A DNA stretch of 64,000 bases from a virus, in the IMG/VR virus record IMGVR_UViG_3300010352_001565, positions 115,055-179,054 of that record; one strand, written 5' to 3'. The notes beneath the pieces are model-generated. The model worked only from the letters and a program-made list of their open reading frames with translations. It was not told where the DNA came from and did no database searches. Positions 18,997 through 27,294 of this stretch are shown in pieces; the first letter of the stretch is position 1, and each line of letters begins with the position of its first letter. A program made the translations under genes and the position numbers.

Positions 18997-19499
18997 GTCA
19001 AGACCTACCAGGCGAATGGATTCCTTATCAGCCAAAACGCGAGCGCGATAAGGAATACTACGACATCAAGCTCCGCGACGGCACCGTTGTCCCGTGCTGC
19101 TACCCGAACGGGACCCACTGGACATTTATGCACCCGGTGTTCAGACCTCCTCGGGCCTACAACGGTCCTGTCGCTGACTACCGCGTGGTGGCTATCCGTC
19201 GTTGCCAGAGCCCGGTTGACATAAGACACGAGCGATCGTCGCGAGATTCAGCTGCGCGCGAGTCAGAGGCTGAGAGGCTCAGCGCGAGGTTCAAGGACCA
19301 TCCAGTGATGGCCATAGTGGGAGCGCTTGGAGCGCCACATCTCTCAGTCGGTACGTGCGGGATCGGCACAAGCACGCTCGTCAGGTCGCTCATCATGGCT
19401 TCTGAGAGGCTTGAGTGCATTGCTCTTGAACCTCCGCAGCCAAAGGTTGATCTGGTATCGTTAATAAAACCGAAGCATATTGACATTCCAAAGGTATGA
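18993..19499 (+). CDS. hypothetical protein
   Basis: 168-aa ORF, ATGA overlap. Confidence 0.45.
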   Translation: MSQDLPGEWIPYQPKRERDKEYYDIKLRDGTVVPCCYPNGTHWTFMHPVFRPPRAYNGPVADYRVVAIRRCQSPVDIRHERSSRDSAARESEAERLSARFKDHPVMAIVGALGAPHLSVGTCGIGTSTLVRSLIMASERLECIALEPPQPKVDLVSLIKPKHIDIPKV

Positions 19500-19996
19500 T
19501 GCATCCTCTCATCGGCCTCATGTTCCCGTCGCTCAGCGGCGGAGTGGACATTCCGTACGGAGCTTGCTACCAGACGCCAAGGCAGGAAGTCTCTGAAGAG
19601 ATGAAGTCGATCAACCGCAAGCTCGACGCCGCTCGAGAGCGGGATGACAGGGCGCGACAGAATAGCGCGTGGGCAAAGCAGTTTAAGAAGTTCTTAAAAC
19701 GAAAGCAGACAAAGTCTATGCTAACAGTGTCTCAAGCGATTGCTTTGTTCGAAGAAGGAAAGATGACAGTCAGCGCGAAGCTTATTGAGGAGCTTCGAAG
19801 ACACCCAGGTGACCATCTTCTCGGTCTGGTTGAGAACGACAACCTTCCTCCAACTCTCGCTGTGATTCCACCGACACCTGAGAATGTCGCCGTTCTAAAG
19901 CGCCAAGATGCGGTCCTCGAAAATCTTGAGCCGTGGTGTCCCGCCGCTGGACTTCAGCGCGGCAAAATAGAGATCTCCCCCTCCGCGCTTCAGTAG
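19496..19996 (+). CDS. hypothetical protein
   Basis: 166-aa ORF, ATGA overlap. Confidence 0.45.
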   Translation: MMHPLIGLMFPSLSGGVDIPYGACYQTPRQEVSEEMKSINRKLDAARERDDRARQNSAWAKQFKKFLKRKQTKSMLTVSQAIALFEEGKMTVSAKLIEELRRHPGDHLLGLVENDNLPPTLAVIPPTPENVAVLKRQDAVLENLEPWCPAAGLQRGKIEISPSALQ

Positions 19997-20157
19997 GAAA
20001 CCAAGCACCACCTGACATACTATTAACACTTAATTGCTGTTTCAGGAATAGCCTAAAGCTACTCTTTTTGTAGGGGGTCGATTTAGGACGCTAGGCTGCG
20101 CACCAATTGCACAGCGGGACAAGGAGAAAACGAAGCGCGGGGGATGTTCTTTAATGG

Positions 20158-20763
20158 GTGAATACTCATGCCATCTTACGCGAGAGGATCCTCATCAAGG
20201 CGGGAATCACCCCAAAACCAAATCCGGCGCTGCTGTACGAGAAGCTTGCCAAGTCTGAGTGGAGCGTCCAGTTTGAGCAGCTCATGCGCAATCGACTTGG
20301 TCCCTACGCGTGGAGCTCAAAGTTCGAGCAGCTCATGCGGAACCGGTTAATAATGGGAGCGTTCAGATACGGGCTTCTCGGCTATCACAAGAAACCGCAG
20401 TATGACCGAATCGCCAGCGCTTTGCGCCGTCTTGAAAAATACGCTGAATTTGGAAATCTAGAGCTTCTTGTCGACGTCGCGAATATGTGCCTGGTCGAGT
20501 TTGTTGAAGGAAAGCACCCGGATAGGCACTGGGACGTCGCATCGGCATTCAAAAACGATCTATTTTGTATAAAAAATTCGACTGGAATTGGCACGCCATG
20601 CATCAGAGAGGCTCTTGACTGCTACACAAGCACAAAGGATCTTGAGGCACTCGTATTGGCAGCCGACTGGTCCATGGTTGAATTTGTTGAAGAAAACCAT
20701 ACGAACAGCCATTGGGAGGCAGCCGATGACGGAGAGCACGCCACAGCGATAGTTAACGCGTGA
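20158..20763 (+). CDS. hypothetical protein with internal duplications (GTG start)
   Basis: Tandem FEQLMRNRL..FEQLMRNRL and two EFVE(G/E)xH..HW(D/E) segments. Confidence 0.45.
   Translation: MNTHAILRERILIKAGITPKPNPALLYEKLAKSEWSVQFEQLMRNRLGPYAWSSKFEQLMRNRLIMGAFRYGLLGYHKKPQYDRIASALRRLEKYAEFGNLELLVDVANMCLVEFVEGKHPDRHWDVASAFKNDLFCIKNSTGIGTPCIREALDCYTSTKDLEALVLAADWSMVEFVEENHTNSHWEAADDGEHATAIVNA
20272..20345 (+). repeat. tandem duplication (~24-bp core repeated at 51-bp period) inside CDS 20158
   Basis: ttYgagcagctcatgcgSaaYcgRYt occurs twice. Confidence 0.5.
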
Positions 20764-21101
20764 ACGCGCGAATGCTAATCGAATCTGCCATGCCTGCTCG
20801 CCGGCGCAAGAAGAAAAAGAGCGACGGAACTTCTCACCAGCCAACCGGTGAGACGTTTGTAGATCACGTCATCGAAAATCAGGAAATCCGCGTCGGTAGC
20901 ATCGTCCGCGTTACGCGCAAGACATCTCCTTCGTACGGAAAGACTGGCCAAGTGTCCTTGGTCTCTGACTACGACAGAGCGCTGGGTGGGCCATCTGCTA
21001 CAGTTAAGATGGGGATGGAACACGCGCTTGGCCTGATTCCTGTACGCTTTGCGCTGTCTGATTTAACCGTCATTGACCAATCGAATGAACAACCTGGTTG
21101 A
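20760..21101 (+). CDS. hypothetical protein
   Basis: 113-aa ORF with RRRKKKK N-terminal basic patch. Confidence 0.4.
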   Translation: MNARMLIESAMPARRRKKKKSDGTSHQPTGETFVDHVIENQEIRVGSIVRVTRKTSPSYGKTGQVSLVSDYDRALGGPSATVKMGMEHALGLIPVRFALSDLTVIDQSNEQPG

Positions 21102-21375
21102 ACAAGTCCTCGGGGAAAAGAAAGAAAAAGACGGGTACGAGACTCGAACGTACACTATCAATGCCCACAAAGATCACCTTGACCTGCTTGAGCAGTTTTT
21201 CAGGTGGATCAACTCTACGCGATCAGGGCACTCTGGCTCTGCTAAGCTCTTCGTCGATGGCGACGGGAGAGCCCGCGTGACAATCGAGAAAAAAGGCGGC
21301 GAGCTTGCGACCTCTGAAAAAGATTTCAAGACGCACAAATCTGATGGGCCAGAGTTTGCTGTGGGATTGGATTAG
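21073..21375 (+). CDS. hypothetical protein
   Basis: 100-aa ORF. Confidence 0.35.
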   Translation: MTNRMNNLVEQVLGEKKEKDGYETRTYTINAHKDHLDLLEQFFRWINSTRSGHSGSAKLFVDGDGRARVTIEKKGGELATSEKDFKTHKSDGPEFAVGLD

Positions 21376-21389
21376 TAAAGCCAACAGCG

Positions 21390-21402
21390 TAGTTAGGGTG
21401 TG
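21390..21402 (+). promoter_or_regulatory. late-type motif TAGTTA-N4-GTG
   Basis: cgTAGTTAgggtGTG at start of gene 21400. Confidence 0.45.
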
Positions 21403-21738
21403 ATCGTACACGCACTAGCATGGGACTATCCCTATACGAATAACGTTCAAGCTCTGGAGTTTGTCGTTGAGAGCTCTCCAGATCTGATTCACTGGAGATG
21501 CCGGGCCACCCTTCCGTTGACTGTCCAAATGTACGTCATCTCCGACCAAGACGCCATCGCGTTTTACCGCGTGGGCGTTCAACCCATTGGAACTCCGCTG
21601 AGAAACGACCCTGTTCCTCCGCCTCCTCCGCCACCCCCTACTGAGGAAACTGAGCACGTTGCTGGAATTTCTGGGAACATCGATTTGCCGCCTCTTCCAG
21701 TCACAACAAATGCCGTCCAGAGTCAGGCCAGAAAATAG
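21400..21738 (+). CDS. hypothetical proline-rich protein
   Basis: GTG start after late motif; PPPPPPPP tract. Confidence 0.4.
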   Translation: MIVHALAWDYPYTNNVQALEFVVESSPDLIHWRCRATLPLTVQMYVISDQDAIAFYRVGVQPIGTPLRNDPVPPPPPPPPTEETEHVAGISGNIDLPPLPVTTNAVQSQARK

Positions 21739-21751
21739 TTGCAAAAAAGTG

Positions 21752-21779
21752 TTTACATTTATGCGTAGCATGATATAGT
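21752..21779 (+). promoter_or_regulatory. sigma70-like promoter P2 (TTTACA-N16-TGaTATAGT), ATG 6 nt downstream
   Basis: gaaaatagttgcaaaaaagtgTTTACAtttatgcgtagcaTGaTATAGTgctaccATG. Confidence 0.6.
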
Positions 21780-21785
21780 GCTACC

Positions 21786-22208
21786 ATGATTAACGCATTT
21801 GACCGTTCGAACCTGGGTCTGATTAACGAAGAAATCAAGACCGCTTTAAAAGCGATTGCTGAAAAGCACGGAGTCAAGCTTGGTGGAATCCGAATCTCGT
21901 TCAGTCCTCAAAACGCCGGTTTCCGCTTCGACCTGTCCACCGTTAGCGAGAACGGAGTGGTAAACGACCGCTACCGCCAATCCTTCATCGCCAACGCTTT
22001 CCAGTATGGCCTTGAGGCCTCCGATCTTGACAAGACCTTCAGCTATGGTGGAAAAACTTACACGATCACCGGTCTGAACACCCGCCGCCACTCGCGTCCG
22101 ATCATCACAAAGCGCTCCGACGGAATGGGAACTGTATTCCCTGCAGCCGCCGTGAAAACCGCTCTCATGCTTGACCGCGCCAAAGCAACCGCTACCAACG
22201 CCCAATAA
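21786..22208 (+). CDS. hypothetical protein
   Basis: 140-aa ORF starting 6 nt after P2 -10. Confidence 0.5.
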   Translation: MINAFDRSNLGLINEEIKTALKAIAEKHGVKLGGIRISFSPQNAGFRFDLSTVSENGVVNDRYRQSFIANAFQYGLEASDLDKTFSYGGKTYTITGLNTRRHSRPIITKRSDGMGTVFPAAAVKTALMLDRAKATATNAQ

Positions 22209-22209
22209 C

Positions 22210-22485
22210 ATGAGTACTGAATCTAAAATCAAAGCAGTGACTGCAATATGGGTTGTTCTTGCACTCGGGTTTTTCGGTACTGCAGTCAAGAGATACTTTT
22301 GCGGCGGTGAAGAAGCGGTGCTCGTCATCTGCGGATGGTTTGCGCTGGTCATCGCCAGGATGGTCTACAAGAGCGAGCATTACGCCCAGGAAATACTGGA
22401 ACTGCGCAGCTCTTACGGCTGCGCAAGGATGAAGGTCGACATGCTCGAAGACAAAATCGAACGCCTTGAACGCGAACAACAATAA
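22210..22485 (+). CDS. small membrane protein (2 TM) with C-terminal coiled segment
   Basis: Internal ATG of ORF 22171; AVTAIWVVLALGFFGTAV and VLVICGWFALVIARMV helices. Confidence 0.4.
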   Translation: MSTESKIKAVTAIWVVLALGFFGTAVKRYFCGGEEAVLVICGWFALVIARMVYKSEHYAQEILELRSSYGCARMKVDMLEDKIERLEREQQ

Positions 22486-22491
22486 AAATTT

Positions 22492-23043
22492 ATGCCACAC
22501 GCTAAACCACGCCAGGACTACCTCAAACTGGTAGTCGAAACTATCGCCAGGCACGGCAACAGGGGAGTGTCTGAGTTCATCGAAGCCTTCTCGGAAGCCC
22601 AGGATGCACTGACTCGCTTCGAGCACGTCGACGAAATCACAGCCGAGAAATTCATGCGCGACGAGGGAACTGTGGGCGTCGTTTGCGACTGCCTCGAGCG
22701 CGGTCTTAAAGCTCACAAGGCTTCTCGCTTTTTCGACGCCGCAGTTGACAAAGCTTACGCAGATTTGAGGCGCGCAGGAGAGGCTGTTGTCGCCACTGAC
22801 ATCGCTGAAGAGCACGCGGAACAAGAATCAGTCTACACCGCGGAAGTTCCGAAGCTAATTCAGGCCGTCGTCTTGGGAATCTCGCAAAACTTGCCGGGAA
22901 CAAAGCCCGGTGAAAAAGACCCACAGCGTGATGACTGGATCAGGCAGACGACCCGCGCGTGGATGACACTCGCTCGATCTAGGAAACAAAATGACCTGGC
23001 GCGGCTGTACAGCGAGATCGAAACCGCAATCGCCCAGAGATGA
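22492..23043 (+). CDS. hypothetical protein
   Basis: 183-aa ORF, AAATTTATGCC start context. Confidence 0.5.
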   Translation: MPHAKPRQDYLKLVVETIARHGNRGVSEFIEAFSEAQDALTRFEHVDEITAEKFMRDEGTVGVVCDCLERGLKAHKASRFFDAAVDKAYADLRRAGEAVVATDIAEEHAEQESVYTAEVPKLIQAVVLGISQNLPGTKPGEKDPQRDDWIRQTTRAWMTLARSRKQNDLARLYSEIETAIAQR

Positions 23044-23249
23044 TCTACCTCTGTGACACCAAGCGGCACTTGATTTGCGCGCCGTACTCGATCCCGAACT
23101 TGCATATAATGGCCCAGGAACTCGGAATCAACAGATGCTGGTTCCACAAGGACCACTACGATGTGCCCAAGCGGCGGATCTTTGAGGTCGCACAGAAATG
23201 TCAGCTCGTTAGCAGTAAAACCATAGCAACCATTGTGAGGAAAAAATGA
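23040..23249 (+). CDS. hypothetical small protein
   Basis: 69-aa ORF, ATGA overlap. Confidence 0.3.
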   Translation: MIYLCDTKRHLICAPYSIPNLHIMAQELGINRCWFHKDHYDVPKRRIFEVAQKCQLVSSKTIATIVRKK

Positions 23250-23926
23250 ACGTATTAAACGTTGATGCAAAATGTCCGGCGTGCGGAAAAACCATCCAGG
23301 TCAAGTACACCCCACCTCGATCGGCGCCACCATGCTCAAATCCAGATTCTTCCGCGTTCTCTGATAGCGGAGACCCATCTGAAGTCGAACTTCCAGAGTC
23401 GTGCCCGCACTGCCTTGTCAAGCTCGCCGAGAGCGACGACTTTGTCGACCAGGTTGCGGCGTGGTGCGATGAGAATGTCAAGTTTCCGGACCCTGGCCCT
23501 GAGCTTGAACCTGACACCACCGAGGACTGGGTGCCTCACACCGACACGGAGTATGCGCTGCTAGCATCAAACTACGCAGAGCTTCAGCGCGTCAGGAACG
23601 GTCTGCACACCGACATCGCGGCTATCTGCAAGACCTGGGCAGAGGCAAATGGAAGCGGCCAGCTCGACTGGAATGGCAGTAAGACTGAGAGCCTTATTAA
23701 ATTCCTGTCAAATGCAATGAGGCGCGACGCCGCCAGGATCAAGCTCATGGACGAGGCACTTGAGCTGATCGCCGGAGAAAACATGATCTGCCGCAGGCTC
23801 GGTTACTCCGAATCTGCAGAACTCGCAAGCAAAGCAAGGAAGACTCAGTTTAAACGCGTAGACGAGATTCAAACAATGGCAGTCGACATCATGACACCGT
23901 TTGAAAGCCACAAACCAATATGCTAA
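23246..23926 (+). CDS. hypothetical protein with N-terminal zinc-ribbon
   Basis: CPACGK..(50 aa)..CPHC. Confidence 0.45.
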   Translation: MNVLNVDAKCPACGKTIQVKYTPPRSAPPCSNPDSSAFSDSGDPSEVELPESCPHCLVKLAESDDFVDQVAAWCDENVKFPDPGPELEPDTTEDWVPHTDTEYALLASNYAELQRVRNGLHTDIAAICKTWAEANGSGQLDWNGSKTESLIKFLSNAMRRDAARIKLMDEALELIAGENMICRRLGYSESAELASKARKTQFKRVDEIQTMAVDIMTPFESHKPIC

Positions 23927-24486
23927 GTCTAAAAACCAGTAGAGACCACCCGCTGTGGGTAAAGGCTCGCCAATTCGCCGAGCTTGCTCATAGCGGCGAA
24001 TTCCGGAAGTTCACCAAGGCGCCGTATCACGTTCATCCACACCACGTGGCTGAGATGCTGGCCGAGGAGATCGACGACCCTGAAGTTGTCGCCGCCGGAG
24101 AGACTCACGACGTCATCGAGAACGAGCGCGATACCTACGAAGGAATAGCAGCGCATTTGGGAGAGCCTGTAGCGAATCTTACCATTGAGCTCACCCATAC
24201 CCACAAGAAAGTCAACGGCGTTTATGTCGGGACTCGAGAGGAGCGCGCCGCTAACGAGCTTGCGCGATTGTCAAAAATATCGCCGCGAGCAGCGTCTATC
24301 AAGATTTGCGACATCATGGAAAACGTGCCGTCGATGGCGCAGTACAATCCCGACTTCGCTCGCAGAGTGTACGTCCCCGAGAAGCTTGCTCAGCTTGAAG
24401 TCCTGAAGGGCGGAAACCGCATTTTGTGGGAGCGTGCGAGCGCGATGCTAAACTCTATCGCCATCCAGCTTCGTGTCCGCCGGTAA
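23920..24486 (+). CDS. HD-domain phosphohydrolase, SpoT/RelA-hydrolase-like (possible (p)ppGpp hydrolase)
   Basis: HVHPHHVAEMLAEE .. GETHDVIEN .. TYEGIAAHLGEPVANLTIELT matches H..H / HD / FG..VA.LV pattern of RelA-SpoT hydrolase domain. Confidence 0.55.
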   Translation: MLSLKTSRDHPLWVKARQFAELAHSGEFRKFTKAPYHVHPHHVAEMLAEEIDDPEVVAAGETHDVIENERDTYEGIAAHLGEPVANLTIELTHTHKKVNGVYVGTREERAANELARLSKISPRAASIKICDIMENVPSMAQYNPDFARRVYVPEKLAQLEVLKGGNRILWERASAMLNSIAIQLRVRR

Positions 24487-24499
24487 TTAAATCGAATTT

Positions 24500-24916
24500 A
24501 TGAAAAGCACAAAAGACATGATAAACGAGATGGTCCCCGAAGGAGGAGCACCTCAAAATCGCGCACTGATTGCGTTTGACGGCTCTGGAGGCGTTGAGGC
24601 CATTGGCACGATGACTGTCGACGGAGAGACGTACCAAGGTGGAAAAGCTGACGGACCTGGATACGGCATCGCTGCCATGTACGCTGACTTGTGGCCCGAC
24701 AATGAAGCTGCCAACATCACAGCCGAGTACGGAGATCCTGACGGAGACCTGATGATTCAAAAGTCAGGAAGCTGGGAGGTTAAATCAGAGGATGTCATGG
24801 AGCTTGTAAAAGTTATGAGCTCAACTCCTGGAGATGGCACAGTGTGGGGAGACATGGCGCAGCATGTCGTTGACAACATGGACGCCGTTGTCGCGGCTTT
24901 AAACGCCCGGCAATAG
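24500..24916 (+). CDS. hypothetical protein
   Basis: 138-aa ORF, AATTTATG start context. Confidence 0.45.
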   Translation: MKSTKDMINEMVPEGGAPQNRALIAFDGSGGVEAIGTMTVDGETYQGGKADGPGYGIAAMYADLWPDNEAANITAEYGDPDGDLMIQKSGSWEVKSEDVMELVKVMSSTPGDGTVWGDMAQHVVDNMDAVVAALNARQ

Positions 24917-24926
24917 TCCAACTCAC

Positions 24927-24955
24927 GGCGTGGCAAAACAGCCACGCCATTTTTG
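24927..24955 (+). terminator. rho-independent terminator
   Basis: ggcgtggc-aaaaca-gccacgcc then ATTTTTG; followed by promoter P3. Confidence 0.6.
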
Positions 24956-24980
24956 TCTCAAAAATAGTTGCAAGTAAATG

Positions 24981-25008
24981 TTTACAAATCTCCGTGGCGT
25001 GATATAGT
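24981..25008 (+). promoter_or_regulatory. sigma70-like promoter P3 (TTTACA-N16-TGaTATAGT), ATG 6 nt downstream
   Basis: aaaatagttgcaagtaaatgTTTACAaatctccgtggcgTGaTATAGTatcgccATG. Confidence 0.6.
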
Positions 25009-25014
25009 ATCGCC

Positions 25015-26004
25015 ATGATGACAAACGACGTTGAAACAAATCAGAGCTCGACGAGCGTGGCCCCGATGACTGATCGCACCATGCACAACGAGACGAATTT
25101 CAACCCGGGCGACTACCAAGTGCTCGAGTATCTCGACAACGAACCTCCCAAATGGCAGATGTTCGTCCCGTTTGTTTTCGGCTGCAGCGCTGAGGCGTAC
25201 AACCACCTCATGGAAGAGGCCCGCACCGAGTATAACGCCGCGCTCCGCCACTGGAACGAGCAGATGGACCGTTACTTTCCTTTCCGCAGCCAGAACCAAC
25301 CCAACATCCATAAGTGCACCCATTGCGGCAACGTTCAAGTGCGCTACATCGTGGCTGTCCGCCACATCCCCACGAACCAAAATGTAGTGTTCGGCGACGT
25401 GTGCGTTGCCCGCCTCGAGTTTGCCAACCGCAATGAGTTTGTCGCTGCTCAGGTCCGCGCCCGTGCCGCTCAAGGAAACGCGCGCATCCAGCTATTCCTA
25501 GCTCGCGAACGTTTCCTGACTGCGAACCCCGAATTTGCCGCCATCGTCAACAACGAGGCGGAGGTGACCAATCCTTGCCATGCCAACAACGCCTTCGTAA
25601 AGGACATCATCGCCAAGTTCAACAAATATGGCAAGCTGAGCGACGCCCAAGTTTCGGCGTTCATTCGCTCGATACAACGCGACCACGAGTTTGCAGCCCG
25701 TCGCGCTGCTCAGGCTGCGGCTGCTCCTGCAGGACCTGTCCCGACTGGCGAGCGCATCAGCGTCGAGGGCGAGATCGTCAGCGTGAAGGTGGTCAATACA
25801 AATTTCGGCTCGGCGACCAAGATGCTAGTCAAACTCGCGAACGGCTCCAAAGTCTGGACTACCGTTCCCACCACTCTCCAAAACCCTCAGAGGAACGGCC
25901 GCGTGACACTGCGCGTCTCTGTCGTGGCGAGTCGCGACGATGTGACGTTCGGCATTGGAAAGCGCCCGCATCTCATCTCTTACACGGCGCCCGCCCAGAA
26001 CTAG
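25015..26004 (+). CDS. hypothetical protein
   Basis: 329-aa ORF starting 6 nt after P3 -10; CTHCGN Cys pair. Confidence 0.5.
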   Translation: MMTNDVETNQSSTSVAPMTDRTMHNETNFNPGDYQVLEYLDNEPPKWQMFVPFVFGCSAEAYNHLMEEARTEYNAALRHWNEQMDRYFPFRSQNQPNIHKCTHCGNVQVRYIVAVRHIPTNQNVVFGDVCVARLEFANRNEFVAAQVRARAAQGNARIQLFLARERFLTANPEFAAIVNNEAEVTNPCHANNAFVKDIIAKFNKYGKLSDAQVSAFIRSIQRDHEFAARRAAQAAAAPAGPVPTGERISVEGEIVSVKVVNTNFGSATKMLVKLANGSKVWTTVPTTLQNPQRNGRVTLRVSVVASRDDVTFGIGKRPHLISYTAPAQN

Positions 26005-26005
26005 T

Positions 26006-26467
26006 ATGAACACCGACTCACTCACTACCGGAACCACTGCCGACCACGTTCGGCAGCGGATGATGCTAATCCCAAGAAACGGTCATTGCCACGTCATTCC
26101 CAGATACAGCGGAGGCTCGCCAGCCATGGTGGATGATGGCACTGCCTTTCAAGTTGCCCTACAGGAGTTCGAGGGATACGAGATGGCACTCTCTGGATCA
26201 TACGGGGAGGAAGCTAAGCAGCGCGCCACAACTCTCGGGCTGGCCAACATCGTTTATGGCCGGTGGGAGAAAGGGCGACAGGTGTGGCGGGTTGACCTGC
26301 TGACAGGCGACATGTTTGTTGAACCTCCCCGCCTTGAGACTCTTGACATTGCCAGAGCTTACAACCTGCAGCTTCAGCGCGCTTATCTTAGTAGAAGTCA
26401 AGCCCAAGAGCTAGCCGATCTCGAGCAGCGCGCAAAAATTCACCGCCAGGAGATCCGAAACGTTTAA
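26006..26467 (+). CDS. hypothetical protein (first ATG of ORF 25955..26467 beyond upstream stop)
   Basis: 154 aa. Confidence 0.4.
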   Translation: MNTDSLTTGTTADHVRQRMMLIPRNGHCHVIPRYSGGSPAMVDDGTAFQVALQEFEGYEMALSGSYGEEAKQRATTLGLANIVYGRWEKGRQVWRVDLLTGDMFVEPPRLETLDIARAYNLQLQRAYLSRSQAQELADLEQRAKIHRQEIRNV

Positions 26468-26534
26468 CACTTTGAGATGAGGCGGGCCGCGTGGCCCAGG
26501 GTGAACAACGACTCCCGTCAAGCCTACATCTCTT

Positions 26535-26590
26535 GTCGGGAAGCCGTCCTTCCGAAGTAGGACTGAGACTGTTTCTCAAGGCTTCCCGAC
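26535..26590 (+). ncRNA. structured intergenic element: 11-bp perfect inverted repeat enclosing an inner hairpin
   Basis: gtcgggaagcc ..(34 nt incl. gtcct-tccgaagta-ggac).. ggcttcccgac, then gTTcaacTTTT; within 139-nt gap. Confidence 0.4.
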
Positions 26591-26601
26591 GTTCAACTTT
26601 T

Positions 26602-26757
26602 ATGAAAGACCTAGTCAAAAAACTCGAGCTCATCCTCACGATCGATGGGTCCGGGAGACCAGAAAAGGCAAAGCGGCTGCTTGAGCTGCTCAACTCCGTC
26701 CCTCAGGAAGAGCTGCGCGCCGCTATTGAGGAACTCTCCAAACGAAAGCACTTCTAA
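26602..26757 (+). CDS. hypothetical small protein
   Basis: 51-aa ORF after structured element (MKDLVKKLELILTIDGSG..). Confidence 0.3.
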   Translation: MKDLVKKLELILTIDGSGRPEKAKRLLELLNSVPQEELRAAIEELSKRKHF

Positions 26758-27281
26758 TGAAATACGTCGTCGTAACGCTACCAGGAGGAATCCGCCTCCC
26801 GGTCATATTCCCAGATCAAATCGCGCACGCCCAGGTTAAAATTGAGGGGTGTGACATCGTGTCGGCTGGATTCGTCACTCCGCTGGCGAAGGTCCATGGA
26901 AAATCTGAGTCGCTGAAGCTCGGACCAGCTAAGGGCGACAACCTGCTGTGCGGCTACTTGCTGTCTGGAGCAGAAGCATTGCTCAACGGACAACTCGATC
27001 TGTTCGACATCGACCCAGGTGAGCTATTCAAACCGCGCCGAAAGTCTGAAAAGTCGGATGATCCGCCTGCAAGCATTTCTCCGCGGGCGTCATCTCAGGC
27101 TAAAGCAGAGATGGACTGTCCGCGCTGCAAGGCTAAGGCTGGAACTGGCTGCGTTACTCCAACGGGTCACAGGGCAAAGTGGAACCATATTGAGAGAGGC
27201 CGAGTCTATCTCGAAAAGATTGGAAAAGAGGAATGGACCAGGCGGCATAACCGAACATCGCTAACAAAACAAAAAAGCTGA
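26757..27281 (+). CDS. hypothetical protein with C-terminal zinc-ribbon
   Basis: DCPRCKAKAGTGC near C-terminus. Confidence 0.45.
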   Translation: MKYVVVTLPGGIRLPVIFPDQIAHAQVKIEGCDIVSAGFVTPLAKVHGKSESLKLGPAKGDNLLCGYLLSGAEALLNGQLDLFDIDPGELFKPRRKSEKSDDPPASISPRASSQAKAEMDCPRCKAKAGTGCVTPTGHRAKWNHIERGRVYLEKIGKEEWTRRHNRTSLTKQKS

Positions 27282-27294
27282 TTCTACCCCGCGT

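Noticed and set aside
22192-22824. 210-aa minus-strand ORF spanning genes 22210 and 22492
   Set aside because: It overlaps two consecutive + strand genes, one with promoter P2 upstream. No signals support it.
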